Assembly (NCBI RefSeq): GCF_043381705.1
Contig: NC_092214.1
Location: 2,654,579 to 2,696,283, forward strand
Origin: Parasteatoda tepidariorum
Taxonomy: Eukaryota
Direction: 5' to 3'
DNA: 41,705 nucleotides
Positions 22,368-34,851 of the stretch are shown piece after piece; position 1 is the first letter of the stretch, and every line of letters starts with the position of its first letter. A program made the position numbers and the translations under genes. The notes under the pieces were generated by a model. That model did no database searches, had not been told where the DNA came from, and saw nothing but the letters and a program-made list of their open reading frames with translations.

Positions 22368-23892
22368 ATGAATTACCAAATGTAATAATTTCTCAATAAT
22401 TCTGATTTTCTAGTGAATATATTTATTACAAGTGAAAATAAATGTTTACATTTAGGATTTAATTTTTTCCTCAAAAAAGGATTAATTTTATTTCTGTTGC
22501 TGAAGAGTAGCAAAAATTTACAATTTTGTGTAAAATATTCCTGTGACAATATCTGAAAATGTAAGCTATGAACTACCTTTTTTAAATATGAAACTTATTC
22601 CTATTATAAAGTGCTAGATGTGAGCAATATATCTAGCTAATGTCATATATTCAAAATTAATATAATATACTTAGCTCACCAAATAAAACATTTTGTCCAT
22701 TAAGAGGTTTGTCCATCAGAAGGTATATTTTTATATACTAAAATGAGTAATTTAATTAGAAATTCAGTTTATATCAAGTTTTTAAAAATGATGTTTAAAT
22801 AACGTCTCATGTAGCCACCTATATCTGAGGGATATCCAAACACATCTGGTATGCATCCAAATATCCAGTAGATATTTAGATATGTTAGAGGCATCGTACA
22901 GATATCAAAATAAGTTTGAGTATGAATTTAAATATTGTCAATGTCTCTGAAATATCATTCATGGTTATCTGGAAGATTTGGATATTGTTGAAATGACCAG
23001 GCATACCGAAGTCCCAGATAATAGCTATTGATATGTTTTAGATATTAGTTGGTTGTTTATGGAATGCTTTGAAGATATTTCAATGTTTACTTAATATTTG
23101 ATACAGATCCAGTTTTTTGATATTTCAGAGATTTACATTTTAGGACATTGTTAAGATTTGTCTTATTTATTTCAAAATTTGTCAATTGTTTCATGATTTC
23201 CTTTAATAAATAAATAACTATTATTACTTGTGTTTTTAATTAAGATTTATATTTAATAAAATTTTAACTAGAAATCGCATTTATTCTTTAGTGGTAACAA
23301 TATCTGAACTTCATATCTTCATGTTGTTTTCACCATTTTATTCAACTTAAGTTTAATTGTTTTTCCATGTAGTGTATTACGCAACTTTGGCCTTTATTAC
23401 AGAATCTCTCATTAAATATTTTATTCAAATAAGTATTATGGTTCTTGTATATAATAGAGCAAGAAAGTTCAACTTATGTTATCTATTAGTGAACTTAGGA
23501 TTGGAATTATGGCAATTTTACACCACCAGGGAAAGATTACTTCATTTCCAAGTATGATTCAAAAACAGTTGTAAATTTACATGTTTTCTAAAACAGCATG
23601 ATGTAGTAAATAGTAATAACACTGAGTTATTAAGTCAGAGAGATTATTAAATCAGATCAATAAATATTAGATGTTGGGATTTTTTGCATTTTGAAGTAGA
23701 TATGTGTTATTAATAAAATCAGTTAGCTTCAGTGTCACACATGTCTATTGGGAAACCCTTTGACATGCCTATGTTTTTTAATCTAGTTTAGGCTATTAAA
23801 AATGCTATTAATGACTTTTTTTTAAAACAATTTTTAAGAAAAAAGATGCTTTTTAATACAAGATATTTTATTTAAATTTTTACATACTGTAT

Positions 23893-23950
23893 TTAATCAA
23901 AATTCTTGTACTAATTCATTTTTCACTCATGTACTAATTCATTTTTCAAC
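23893..23950. repeat. Tandem duplication of an ~27-bp unit (tgtactaattcatttttca...).
   Basis: Reads attcttgtactaattcatttttcactcatgtactaattcatttttcaacg. Confidence 0.6.
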
Positions 23951-25579
23951 GTTTCTCATCACACAGTTAAGAGAAATTTCAGGTTTGCCATGCTATTGGA
24001 TCGACTTACCCAATTTGATTAGAAATTTATAAATGCTTACTTTTTTACTTAAAAGCTTCACTATTTTTTCAATGAAGTCTAATATTGCCGCTGTATTATA
24101 TGGAATTTTAAAAGTGACATTACTCTGTGTCATTTGTACCGCACTATCTCTATCACCTGCTAGTCATTTGTAATTTATCCAGAAAATTATGCAAACTCCA
24201 TTGGATTATTATCCATGTAGCAAATTATTAAACAGAGCTGACTACCTTATTATTTAACTTTGCTTAGTATTTGGCCTATAACCAAATATTCAATTAACTG
24301 AGGACAAAGCCAAATGCTAAAAAGAAAAGTAATAATATTGATTAAACAAATCTGTAATATGAAATATATTTTTTTAATTGAAATTATTTTAATATCTATT
24401 ACTGATGATTTCGTCTTTCATTTTAAAAATTATTGCAATTGGTATAATTAAATAGAAAAAGAATAGACAATTTAGGTCATAGACAATTCACTTGTCTTGC
24501 TCTGCTTATAAGATAAGTGTTATAAAGGGGCATTTTAAATCTGATTTTTTTGACGCAATTGCAATACTCGTAAGTATCTAAAGTAAAAGAAAAAATAATA
24601 ATTGGAAATCTCAATGCTCGTTAAAATGTGTTTTTTTCTTAATTAAATTTTGAAATTGAGGTGTTCAATGAAATAATTTGAGGAAAAGCAAATAACAAAA
24701 CATTTGTTAAAACTTTTTTTCCTGTAAATTGAGAAGGTAGTTGCATATTAAAATTCATATTGTATAGTAAAATGATGTACGAAATTTCTTTTAATTAATC
24801 TTAATACTAAATTTAAAACCACTATGCTTAGAACTAAAAATATTTTTGTTACAAATTTCTTTTATTAATTATTTTTATTATTTATTACTGATAGTTTATC
24901 AAAAAAACAATAATTTTTTATAGATTATTATATATTAAATACTTTTTATAAATTAAAATATAACAAAAAAAATTTTAAAATAAAAAATAGCAAAAAAAAA
25001 AACAAAGAGAAAACACATGATTTAGATAATTTAAAAGTATTTTAATAGAAATTAAGTATATTCTTTTGTTTATATCAATATTTTCTTTAACTTTTTTTCT
25101 TATCTAGTTTAAAATAATAACTTTTAATAACATTGTTGCTCTTGTGCATTGAAATCTTGTTCAGCTTATACAGGTATTCAAAATATTATCCTAAATTACT
25201 GAGCATATTATTATTCGACCAAAGTATGTGTTTGGGGTACTGCAAACTCTATAATATGATATTGTAACAGATTAACCATAAACAAATTTTCTGTTTGCCA
25301 AACAAACAAAGTCAAACTCTAAATATAATAAGAACTGATTCAACAAAGGATAGGATATACTTTGTGCTATGTAGACTTAAGCGAAAAACAACGTGAATAA
25401 AGGACAAATGAAAGTACATTAAAGGACATGTACTATAATTTCGGTTTTATAAGCAAGAACTAGAAAGATCATTAACTAAATGATTAGGACTTCCTGCCAA
25501 ATCCCCTCACTCATGTTTTTTATGTCCCTTTTTCATTTTCTTGTTCAAACTTGTTCCTCTGTCCTTATTGATTGAACTA

Positions 25580-26392
25580 CAGTGAACTCTCACTTATGCA
25601 CTGGTGCAAGGGGCCAACAGAAAACAGCACATAAGTGAAAGAGACGCACAAGTGAAATACTTCTATAACGCAATGTAAATTGCAGTGACAATATGAATAA
25701 ATATGTTTCTAAAGATTAAATGTTAATATTTATACTGTTTTGGTATTTACTATAATTATACAATAAAAAAATATAACATACCTAAAGATAATATATTTTC
25801 TTACAAAATAATCTGTAATACATGTTTGTATTTGTTTTTGCTGACGTATTTCAAAAACAGTTTTTTCCAGTTCATATAAATGGGAAAAGGGAGTTTCAAA
25901 AGCAGAATTAATTTGGAAATTGTCATGAATAGTGTCTAAAGCTTCTAATACTACTGTGTGATTTGGAGGAACTTAATCATCCTCGTCAGTATCATCCACC
26001 ACAGTCTCATTGTCCACAAGTTTAAGTTACATGGAAATGAACAGCTCTTCACAAAAAATTTGAGTTTTATGGAAGGGGGTGAAACATCACTTGATAAATT
26101 TCTAAATAAAGTACTTGATGTCATAATATGCTGCACAATTCAATAGGATCTAACAACATATTTCTTCTTATCTGTAACAAGTATAGCTTATATAATTGCT
26201 TTAATTTATAATTTAAAACCTATTTTTTTTTTAAAAAAAAGAAAAAGAAATATTTAAAGGATAAAAAAACTAAAATGTTAGCCTAAAATTTCGACGCATA
26301 ACTGAAAAATTTATTTTTATGGGACCTATAAAAATCGTCGTATAAATGAAAAAGATGCATAAAAGAGGTGGTGCATAAGTGAGAGGTCACCG
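25580..26392. mobile_element. Short (~810 bp) non-autonomous, MITE-like element with ~22-bp TIRs beginning cagtga. It is probably a pogo-family deletion derivative. A TA lies at 25578-25579.
   Basis: The 5' end cagtgaactctcacttatgcac pairs with the reverse complement of the 3' end, cggtgacctctcacttatgcac, at 20 of 22 positions. The interior on the - strand reads ...KLVDNETVVDDTDEDD, resembling the acidic C-terminal tail of pogo transposases. There is no intact ORF. Confidence 0.5.
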
Positions 26393-26929
26393 ATTTTGCA
26401 TTTGTTTATCTTCTTTACTTTCTCTACCATCATTTGGTCTTTAGACGCTGAGGACGGCTCTTGTTTATAGAACTGAAACTGTAATATGTCCATTTATGTA
26501 CTTTAATTTGTGCTTTATTTTCGTTAGGAACAGATTTTTTATTGAATATACATTTACAATCTATTAATGATGTTATTTAGTCAATTATTATAAAAAATTT
26601 TAACTGCAGTTATAAATAAATTTTTAATGCAATTAGCAAATGGATTTGGGTCATAAATAACTCTCTAGCTTTGCATTGTTTACGTAATTCTTTCTAATTT
26701 TATGATAAAGCATTTCCTTGTAAATAAAGAGAGTTACTAATTTAATGATTGTGTTGCACACTGCAGTTTTATAGCAAAATATGAGAAGTCTTCATGGATT
26801 TTTTTAAAAATATTTTTTGTTTTGCATTTTTTAATTTATTAACTATAAAAAAAATTTGAATATCATGAATTTGCTCTGCAAAATTAAACAATCTGATATT
26901 AGAAGCTTATTTATACTGTACATTGTGGC

Positions 26930-27065
26930 GCAACTACCACTACAAATATTAAATACTGAATCACTAGTATATAAGACATGTTAACTTGATTCCATTTTGA
27001 GGTGCCTTTTGATAGATGAAAGTGGCCATAGCCGATAAATCCCCTCATACATTCTATAATGTTTG
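26930..27065. repeat. Copy of a dispersed repeat that is also present at ~41005-41110.
   Basis: Shares the ~60-bp core cactagtatataagacatgttaac(t/c)(t/c)gattc.at.ttg.gg.gcct.t.atagatga with the other copy. Confidence 0.5.
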
Positions 27066-27439
27066 AAGTAATTTGATTCTTTGAATTATGGGTTGTAAAA
27101 CTTAAGTATTTTCATATTAGATCATTCAATTTAGTAGAAGTAAATTTTTACGGGATTAAGATATCTCTCTGATATCCAATACTAATGCTTCTGAGATAAT
27201 CAGATATTACATACAATTGACATCTGACAGAAGTCCCTTAGATATCAATGTTATGTGCCGGATATCCCTTGGATATATAAGTGATATATATTTCTCAAAT
27301 TACTTTTGGGTATAGTTTTGAATTTTTGACAGATATTTCATGAACATTCAAATGTTTTCTGTTGGATTTAGGAATGTCCAGCTTTTTGTATAAGGGATAT
27401 CTCAAAGATTTTCTGGGAATATTTGTGGCTGTGTGGGGT

Positions 27440-27500
27440 AGAGGTACTTATTTATTTAAAATAATGAAAACGGCAGGTATTTATTTAAAATGATGAAAAT
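27440..27500. repeat. Tandem duplication of a ~35-bp unit (tatttatttaaaat(a/g)atgaaaa...).
   Basis: Direct adjacent copies visible in the sequence. Confidence 0.55.
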
Positions 27501-29767
27501 CCTTACTTCTTCATTTCATAACTTCAGAAATGTATGAAATGACTTTTAATACTGACATAAATTTATTAAAACTATCTCATTGCATGAATTTGTTTTAAGA
27601 TCAGTGCATTAAAAGCTTCTTTTTATGCAAATATCTAAGTGAAAGTATAATATTAAGTCTTTCACTGTCACTGTTTTCTCTGCACTAAGAGCTAACAATT
27701 TTCATGGATTCGTATATTAATTACAAGATGCATTTTAAGACATTTATGTAGTTTTCATGTCATAATTCTCCTGTCTTTTTCTTCATTTTTTCACTGTTTT
27801 ACAAATTTATTACCAGCTATGGCTGAAATAAAATATGCTATCATTAGTATCTTCAGTACATATGTTTCATTGTTTTTTATTTTATATCTTTGCATTGTGG
27901 CCGATTGTGACAATTTCAAGCATTTCAGTTTTGTCTTGGATAATTTCAATGGGGCTATTTAAAACTGTAATTTCAAAGCTTGTTTTATTACAATGGTTTC
28001 AGACATAACTTTGTACTATTTTGGATTGAATATGTATTGTTTTCTTATGAATAGTTATAAATAAATTTAAAAATTTGGCTCGATGATCACTGTTCCTGTA
28101 AATTTCTACACTAAATCTCTCAATCTAAACTTGTCAATTCCTGTTGCATAGCATGCATCAATCTTTAGTTTTCTTATTAATCTTTATTAAACCTGTGCTA
28201 GGTAACGTACATAAAAATAGCTCTTAAGTATAACGCTATTCACTTCTTTTTCTTCCAAGTTCAATCAAGAACTTAAAATTATTAAAATTGACACTTTATA
28301 TACACTATGATTTTGCATAATAATTCAAAAAATTTTCCAAAGATCAATAATGTAAAAAATATACAATACATATGTATACAAAAATATACAATACATATTT
28401 AAGTCGATATGATGATTGTATTAAATTAACAATTCGTAATAATGAAGGAAATTTTAACAGGATGTGCTATTCACTTATTTACATAAGTTATATGATTTAA
28501 TCATGCCTTCTCTGCTTTGTTTACTACATCTTTTAATCATAGTTAAGTGTTAAGGTAATATACAAAACAGAGATTTTTTAAATTTTTGGCATTAAAGATG
28601 AGTTAAGAATTATTCTTTTCTTGGTTACTCTTCTGAGTTCCATCCCTCAATGCAATTTCATTTTTTTTATTCAATAAATTAGTAGTAAAATATTTCGTTT
28701 TTTTCTTCCCCTTTTTTTATTGTTTTAATAATTTTAAAGATGTCTATTCTGATGTCTAAAGCTTAACAAATTGTCTTAATCATTGATTATTATCATTATC
28801 AAATTATTTTAATCATTGACATTAGTATTTTAAATCAATGATTTTATTTATTTAAAAAATAAGATTATTTAAATCGCTAGTTTTGATCTTTTAGACTTGT
28901 TTTGTTGACGATGACTTGTTGAATTTACTTTCCATTTCATTTTTTAAAAAGGATTTTATTTCATCTTAGAAAGTAATTCAGTTTATATAATGTTATAATT
29001 ATATTTATTTATTTATTTGTATTAAAATAATTGATTTTTATTAAACATAAATTTCGTTTTCATAATTTTTTACTTCCTTGGACTTTTATGCAAATTGACC
29101 TGGAAAACTAGCAATAGTCAGGAAAACACTTTTTCCTTCTTAAATATGAACCCTCTATATATTATGACTGTTAAGAATTCATGCTAGTCAAAGATGATTT
29201 ACTCCTCTATAAAATACGGTAGATATGAAACTGTTTACTTATACTTCTTTCTCTTTTTCAGGTAAGTTACAGCCCTATATAAAATGTCATTTTGATTGCA
29301 CAAGTTACTTTTTCCAAGATTTCTTATTTTCCTTCTTCAAATTATTTTTTAAAGGAAAATAATGAACTTTCCCTTTTATTGCTCTATTTTCATTAATTGA
29401 ACACAAACTTTTAAAATTCTAAATATTATTAACTTGCAATGTTTCTGTTGAATATTTCTTAATTTATTTATTTCTATAGCTCATATTTTCACACCCTTTT
29501 CATTATCCCATAAATATAGTGCCAAGTGCCCTTTTATAGAGGCGAGTACAGAAGGTCCCTATTCAAGGGTTGACACCAATAGAATTGTCCCTCAAATAAA
29601 AGTTTTCCTATTGGAAGCTACAACTGTATAAGCTTATTATTATTAATGCTGAAAAATTGCCTTTGGCTATACCTTAAATCTCTGAATTTTCCTTTTCATA
29701 CTTAGATAACACAAAGCTGTATGAAAAGTTATCGACTAATAAAAATTCTATATTTGTCATATTTCAG

Positions 29768-29914
29768 AATTTCTGTGTTGAAGGGTCACAGGCAAAGTGT
29801 TACTTGTTGCTGTGCTGATCCAACAGGAGGAGTGTTACTGTCTTCCAGTTGGGACAATACTGTTCGCCTGTGGAGTTTACTTGATGGGAGATCAATATCC
29901 ACCATTGATTTTAG
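29768..29914 (+). CDS. Host gene exon encoding a WD40 repeat (ISVLKGHRQSVTCCCADPTGGVLLSSSWDNTVRLWSLLDGRSISTIDFR).
   Basis: Acceptor catatttcAG at 29766-29767 and donor TTAG|GTTTGT at 29915. GH..V.......G..L.S.S.D.TVRLW is the textbook WD40 signature. Confidence 0.65.
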
Positions 29915-30098
29915 GTTTGTTCAATATTCACTCAAATATTTGAATTTATTTTTTCAAAATATAAGCTGAAGGAATTGTTTCAAGCTATAAAATTAAGTTA
30001 CGAAATTTAGCTTTTCTAATTAGCACCCAGAGATGCCAATGAGAGTGTTTCCCCCCACATACAATATTTAAAAATGTTGTGAAATTACAATTTATTAA

Positions 30099-33000
30099 CC
30101 CTCCTGGCGGCAAGCCTGTTATAACACGGGCATGATTTCTATGCTGAAAGCGGCTTGCCCGTGTATGCACGGGTTCACGTTCTAGGTCTAGAGCGGCGAT
30201 CACGTCTTTTTCTGAACTAGAATATTTCCTTCCCCCTCAACCTCCTACTGCTCACAAATTGAGAGACGTATAAGCTGTCATCGTAAATCACCCACTGTTG
30301 TGCTAGAATATTTCTGTTTGAATAGATGTGAATAGTTTGCGTTCTTTTTCATGTTTGAACCCCAATCAAACCAAAAGTTTGCCTGTAAGAAACAGATTAC
30401 ATTTTTATTTTCTCCAACACTTTCGAAATATTGAATTTTGTTTTAAAAAATATATTCATTGCTTAATTTATTATACTAAATCTATGAATAAATAAAATCG
30501 TTTCGTATTTTTAAATTTCAATTAATTTTCGAAAAAGCATTTTTCATTTTAGAGTAAATTGCAGGAAATTATTTTTTGTCTAAACAAATGCAATATTTAA
30601 TGAACTAATTAATGAATTTTTAATATTACTAATTTTCCATAGTATTTAACTAATTTATTTAAATTAGTTAATTTTTTTAAGTATTATGTTGCTTACAAAA
30701 AATTAAAAAAATTTTTATCTGGCAAATGAAGTTAACTCTTAAAACACTCTTTCCTCTTTCTGTAATGTTAAAGACTTTCTCGGCATTTTTCTAAAAATCC
30801 CATCACTCAAAACACTAGTTTTATTTGTACTTTAGTTAAATGATATTAAAGCATTTTCATGGATAGAGAAAAAATCGAAATTCGTCTCATTAGTAAATAC
30901 ATTTCTCATTCATGTGAATGTATAAGTAAATATTTCAGTAATGATAAATAAATTTAATGATAAACTCAAATTTCCTTAATAAATAATAATAAAAAAATGT
31001 ACAAGCTGTTAAAACTCCAAATAACTAAGTGAGTTATAATAAACTAAATATTTTTTTCAAGTCCACAAAATAAATGTAAATATTTTATTCCACTCAAATA
31101 CATTTTAAATATACATACATTTAGATATACATTTTAAAGAAAACGATTTTTTTTAAAAGTATAACTGATTATATTTAAAATATTTAAGTAATCGTTGTGA
31201 AAATTCCAGTAACTAAAATAAAATATTAAAATCATTGCACATTTTATATACTTTAATTGTTGGAACACTTGCAAACAAGATTTTTTTTCTTTCAAAAAGA
31301 TGTTTTATTTTTAATTAAATTCATCATTAATTTGATTCAAAGTACAATTTTTTCTATAATATCATTCGAAATCCAAATAAAAGTGTGTGTAAACTCAAGG
31401 GTGTAAGCTCGAGTTGTGTTGTAATTATCATGTTTGTAAATTTTCCGGAAACCTGGAAAGTAATAACGCTTCGGCGCATTGAATATTCGATAGTCTTAAA
31501 AATCCCTTTTTTTACGATCCGGAATCGAAGGGTTGTTGATAACGAGGGTGAATACATTTTTGATAAAAAATAAAATCTTGGTAACAAATATCAAGTACAT
31601 CGAAATGACATTTCTTTCAGATCTCCCTAATATTTCACGAATTTAAAAGTTGTTCAATCCAGATGGTCGGAAACAACCAACGTAAGTATTACAGTACTGA
31701 CATTCGTACTAAAATATGCATCGATTGATTGTCTGAAATCTAAAGTAGATGATTACATGATGTTTTTGTTAAGTTATTAAAATAGTTTTCAGAAGTTCAA
31801 TTTGAAATGGGGGTGTGCAAAGCGATAAACAAACCCTTATTGTGATGTAAATATAATCTAGACAATACTTATCATACTAGTGTCCAGATATCATACTAGT
31901 GTCCATACGAGTTATCATACAGTTTCATCTAAAGGTCACGTTTTCTTTTCTGTTCATGGTCAAAAATACTGTAAAAGGTGATCTAAAAAACTGGGCGTAT
32001 AGTACTAAAAGTGTATTGCACAAGTTAGAGAAATGCAAAATGTAGAGAAGATTTGTAACTATATTTTCTGCAATTCAATTAAAGTCTAAACTTCGACTGT
32101 AAAAAAAAAACTTAAAATAAGAGCTTAAATAAACTTAAAACAAAAAATAAGAATAAAAGTAAGCTAGAATTAAAAATAAAACATAAATGAACTTAAATAA
32201 AGTACACGACAATTCTGCGAACTTAACAAGTAAAATAATCGAAGTAATGGCTAAAATTTATGATTAAAAGTCACGGAAAATAAAATTCAATAACACTGCA
32301 ACAAAATATCCATTTTGCTTCATCAGTAATCTTTCGATGCATATTGTATGCAGAATTTGCTTTTGGAATAAAAATTAACTCGCTACTTGAATAAAAAGTT
32401 TTAAAAATATTTGGGAACTAAAATGGAAGGCATTACATTATTTTGATTCTTTGGAATTGTATATTTTTGAATTTGTAAATGACGTTATAAACGAATTTAT
32501 AAAACATAATCCAACAAATCATATGTTTAAAAAAAAGCGATAGCAAGTTTTTGTGCCCAACCACAATCTCAATTTCATTCATAATCCACACAATTCATAA
32601 ATATATTGCTATTTATTATAAATACAATATTTTTAAAATATTACTCTTATGAATAGTAAATATGACTATTAAGGGATACAAGTTTTATTATTCTAAATAT
32701 ATTTTACCCCATATAAATTAAAATCACGGATAACATAACTTAATGTTAGTGTTCATTATTAATTATTATAAGAATAATTTTCTTTTAAAAAAAATTTTTA
32801 ATTTAATTTTTCTAGAAAATAAAAAGTTGTTATGACCTTTAATTTATTGATATTTGACCGAAGTAATGCAGAAAATTTTACTTTCCTTATTTCAATAAAT
32901 TTTTCTGCTTATGTTACATAGGTTCTTTGATTTTTTACTGCTAAGCTGCGCACTATAAAAAGTAAAAAAAAAAAACAAAGAAAAAATCCTATATTTATTT

Positions 33001-34703
33001 TATATGCTATTTTCCAATTTTAAAAAAAAAAAATTATTATTTTTTTTAAAAAGCATTTTTGATGTTATTTTATTGCTATACAAAAGGTGTGCATAATCAT
33101 AGTACCTTTTCTTATGTCAAAGCATTTTTATGTCATAACCATTAATTCTAATTCTTGTCAGTTTGTTTCGATGAAGAAGAAACGCAGAACAACGTTTTTT
33201 TCTACTAACAGATAGGGAGAGAAAGTGATGAAGTCCTTTTAACACATTTTTTCAATTTTTCAGGAACTATATTATATAAGCCGAAAACAATTATTGTTGT
33301 TTGTTATTTACCATTGTGTTTATTAGTCGCCATTTTTTACTAGTGTGGAATAGCTGATTCCGTGGAGCAACATGGTGCAAAGAGATGAATTAAAAAAAAA
33401 AAAAAAAGATATTAAATATTTTAAACCAATACTACCGAAAATTTTTGTATAACTACATTTATTTTTGTATATTTAAATTCTGTTACTTCCACGTGATTTT
33501 TTTTCCAAATATATATCATTGCATGATCTATATTGGTAAAATCATTCCTTTGAATTTAACAGCAATGGACAAAACTACAAAGAATCATTATATTTACTTG
33601 TAAAATAATATTCTTGCAACAATTCCTGTACTGATATTTATTCTTTGTATGTAAAATTTCATAAGGTTACGAATTTTTTTAAGCTTTATTATTGATAATA
33701 CCCCATAAAATAAGATAAGAAAATTCACAATAAAAAATGCAGTTTTGCTTAACTAGTGTATATATAAAAATTTATATTTTTAGTCAATTCTATAAAGTGT
33801 AATATGAACAGCTTTTACTTAAATATTTAAAAGACGAATTAAGAATAAATTATCCAAATAACTAGAAATTCAATACGAGCACTATTTAAAGAGTATTAAC
33901 GCACATTAAAAAGTTTTAAGTATGTTTTTAACAATATTCCATCTTTAGAACAGCAGCATCTGCGAAAGCTTTTTTTTTTACTTAATTTCAAAGAAAAAGA
34001 GAAATAAAACAGGAATTAAATAAATAATATCTATTAAACAGCAGTTATTTTTCTAATCGAACATTATTGAAAAAATACTCATTAATTATTTTTTTAAATT
34101 TAGAAATATCAATAATATACTTAAAAGATAAATATGACTTTTTACTAGCTTGTATATTAACAAAATTGTACTTTGAATTCGGAAATGAGGCAATTTAAAA
34201 TGCACACGCAGTTTTAAAATAAAAAACTTAGGCGGTAGCCGCAAATGTATCTGGGAAATAAAAGAAATCACAGGAAACAGGAAGGAAAAATTATCAATCA
34301 CAAGAATCTATTCAGCTCCAATTCATTGAACACTCCTTTGATGTTATATTTCAACTATATCATTGTGAAAAAGCTAAGGACAAGAAAGAATGTAACATAA
34401 CCTGAAAGTAATTATCTTATCAGAACGAAAGAATTGATTGATATTTCAGAGAAAAGTGTAAGATTGTATGAAGTTCAACAACAACTTTCAGAAAAGTGAA
34501 TCACGAAACACAATTCATCCATCAAACTGTCTTGACCCTCCTTGACCACCTAGACCGATAATCACCCCTTTTTACCACAAATTGAAGCAGAAGGGGGAAA
34601 GCATACGTTTTGTCCGACCCTCGACACTTTTGGTAGCATCTTTCTAAAATGTGTCTGCCGCTTGAAGTAAGAAACTAAGAGAGAGGGGAAACGCCAGGAG
34701 GGT
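30099..34703. mobile_element. Putative non-autonomous piggyBac-like element (~4.6 kb). It has 11-bp perfect TIRs (ccctcctggcg / cgccaggaggg) and TTAA flanks at 30095-30098 and 34704-34707.
   Basis: piggyBac-superfamily elements insert at TTAA and have TIRs beginning CCC...GGG. Both termini are locally GC-rich (30099-30360 and 34480-34703) against an AT-rich interior. No transposase ORF is present. A 15-bp inverted match could arise by chance, hence the moderate confidence. Confidence 0.45.
31925..32170. repeat. Copy of a dispersed ~230-bp repeat family, with a second copy at 39330-39545.
   Basis: aagttagagaaatgcaaaatgtagagaagatttgtaactatattttctgcaattc matches aagttagagaaatgtgaaatgtcgagaagatttgtcactatattttctgcaattc at ~90%. 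Upstream similarity also exists (tcaaaaatact.t.aaag.tgatctaaaa). Confidence 0.65.
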
Positions 34704-34851
34704 TAAGTAAAATTGTTTAAAATTTTTCAACACTAATGCATCAACATGATTGTCAGGATGGTATTCATAACTTTGAGTTATTTATTGGCCATGGTGGACA
34801 TAATCATTTCAAATCTTATTAAACCAATTATCAGACATTAAAATCCATATC

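Noticed and set aside
26400-26480. Pyrimidine tract plus AG followed by a short GC-richer stretch, as a possible exon
   Set aside because: No donor site, and the translation hits stops quickly. It also lies immediately adjacent to the MITE-like element's TIR.
29270-29285. ctctttttcAG|GTAAGTtacag, an acceptor immediately followed by a perfect donor
   Set aside because: It would define a zero-length exon. This is probably a chance juxtaposition, though recursive-splice sites do look like this, and there is no coding potential around it.
31385-31690. GC-richer block with a strong GTAAGT donor inside the piggyBac-like element, as a possible captured first exon
   Set aside because: The upstream translations are short and motif-free. 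It is kept only as a remark under the piggyBac-like finding.
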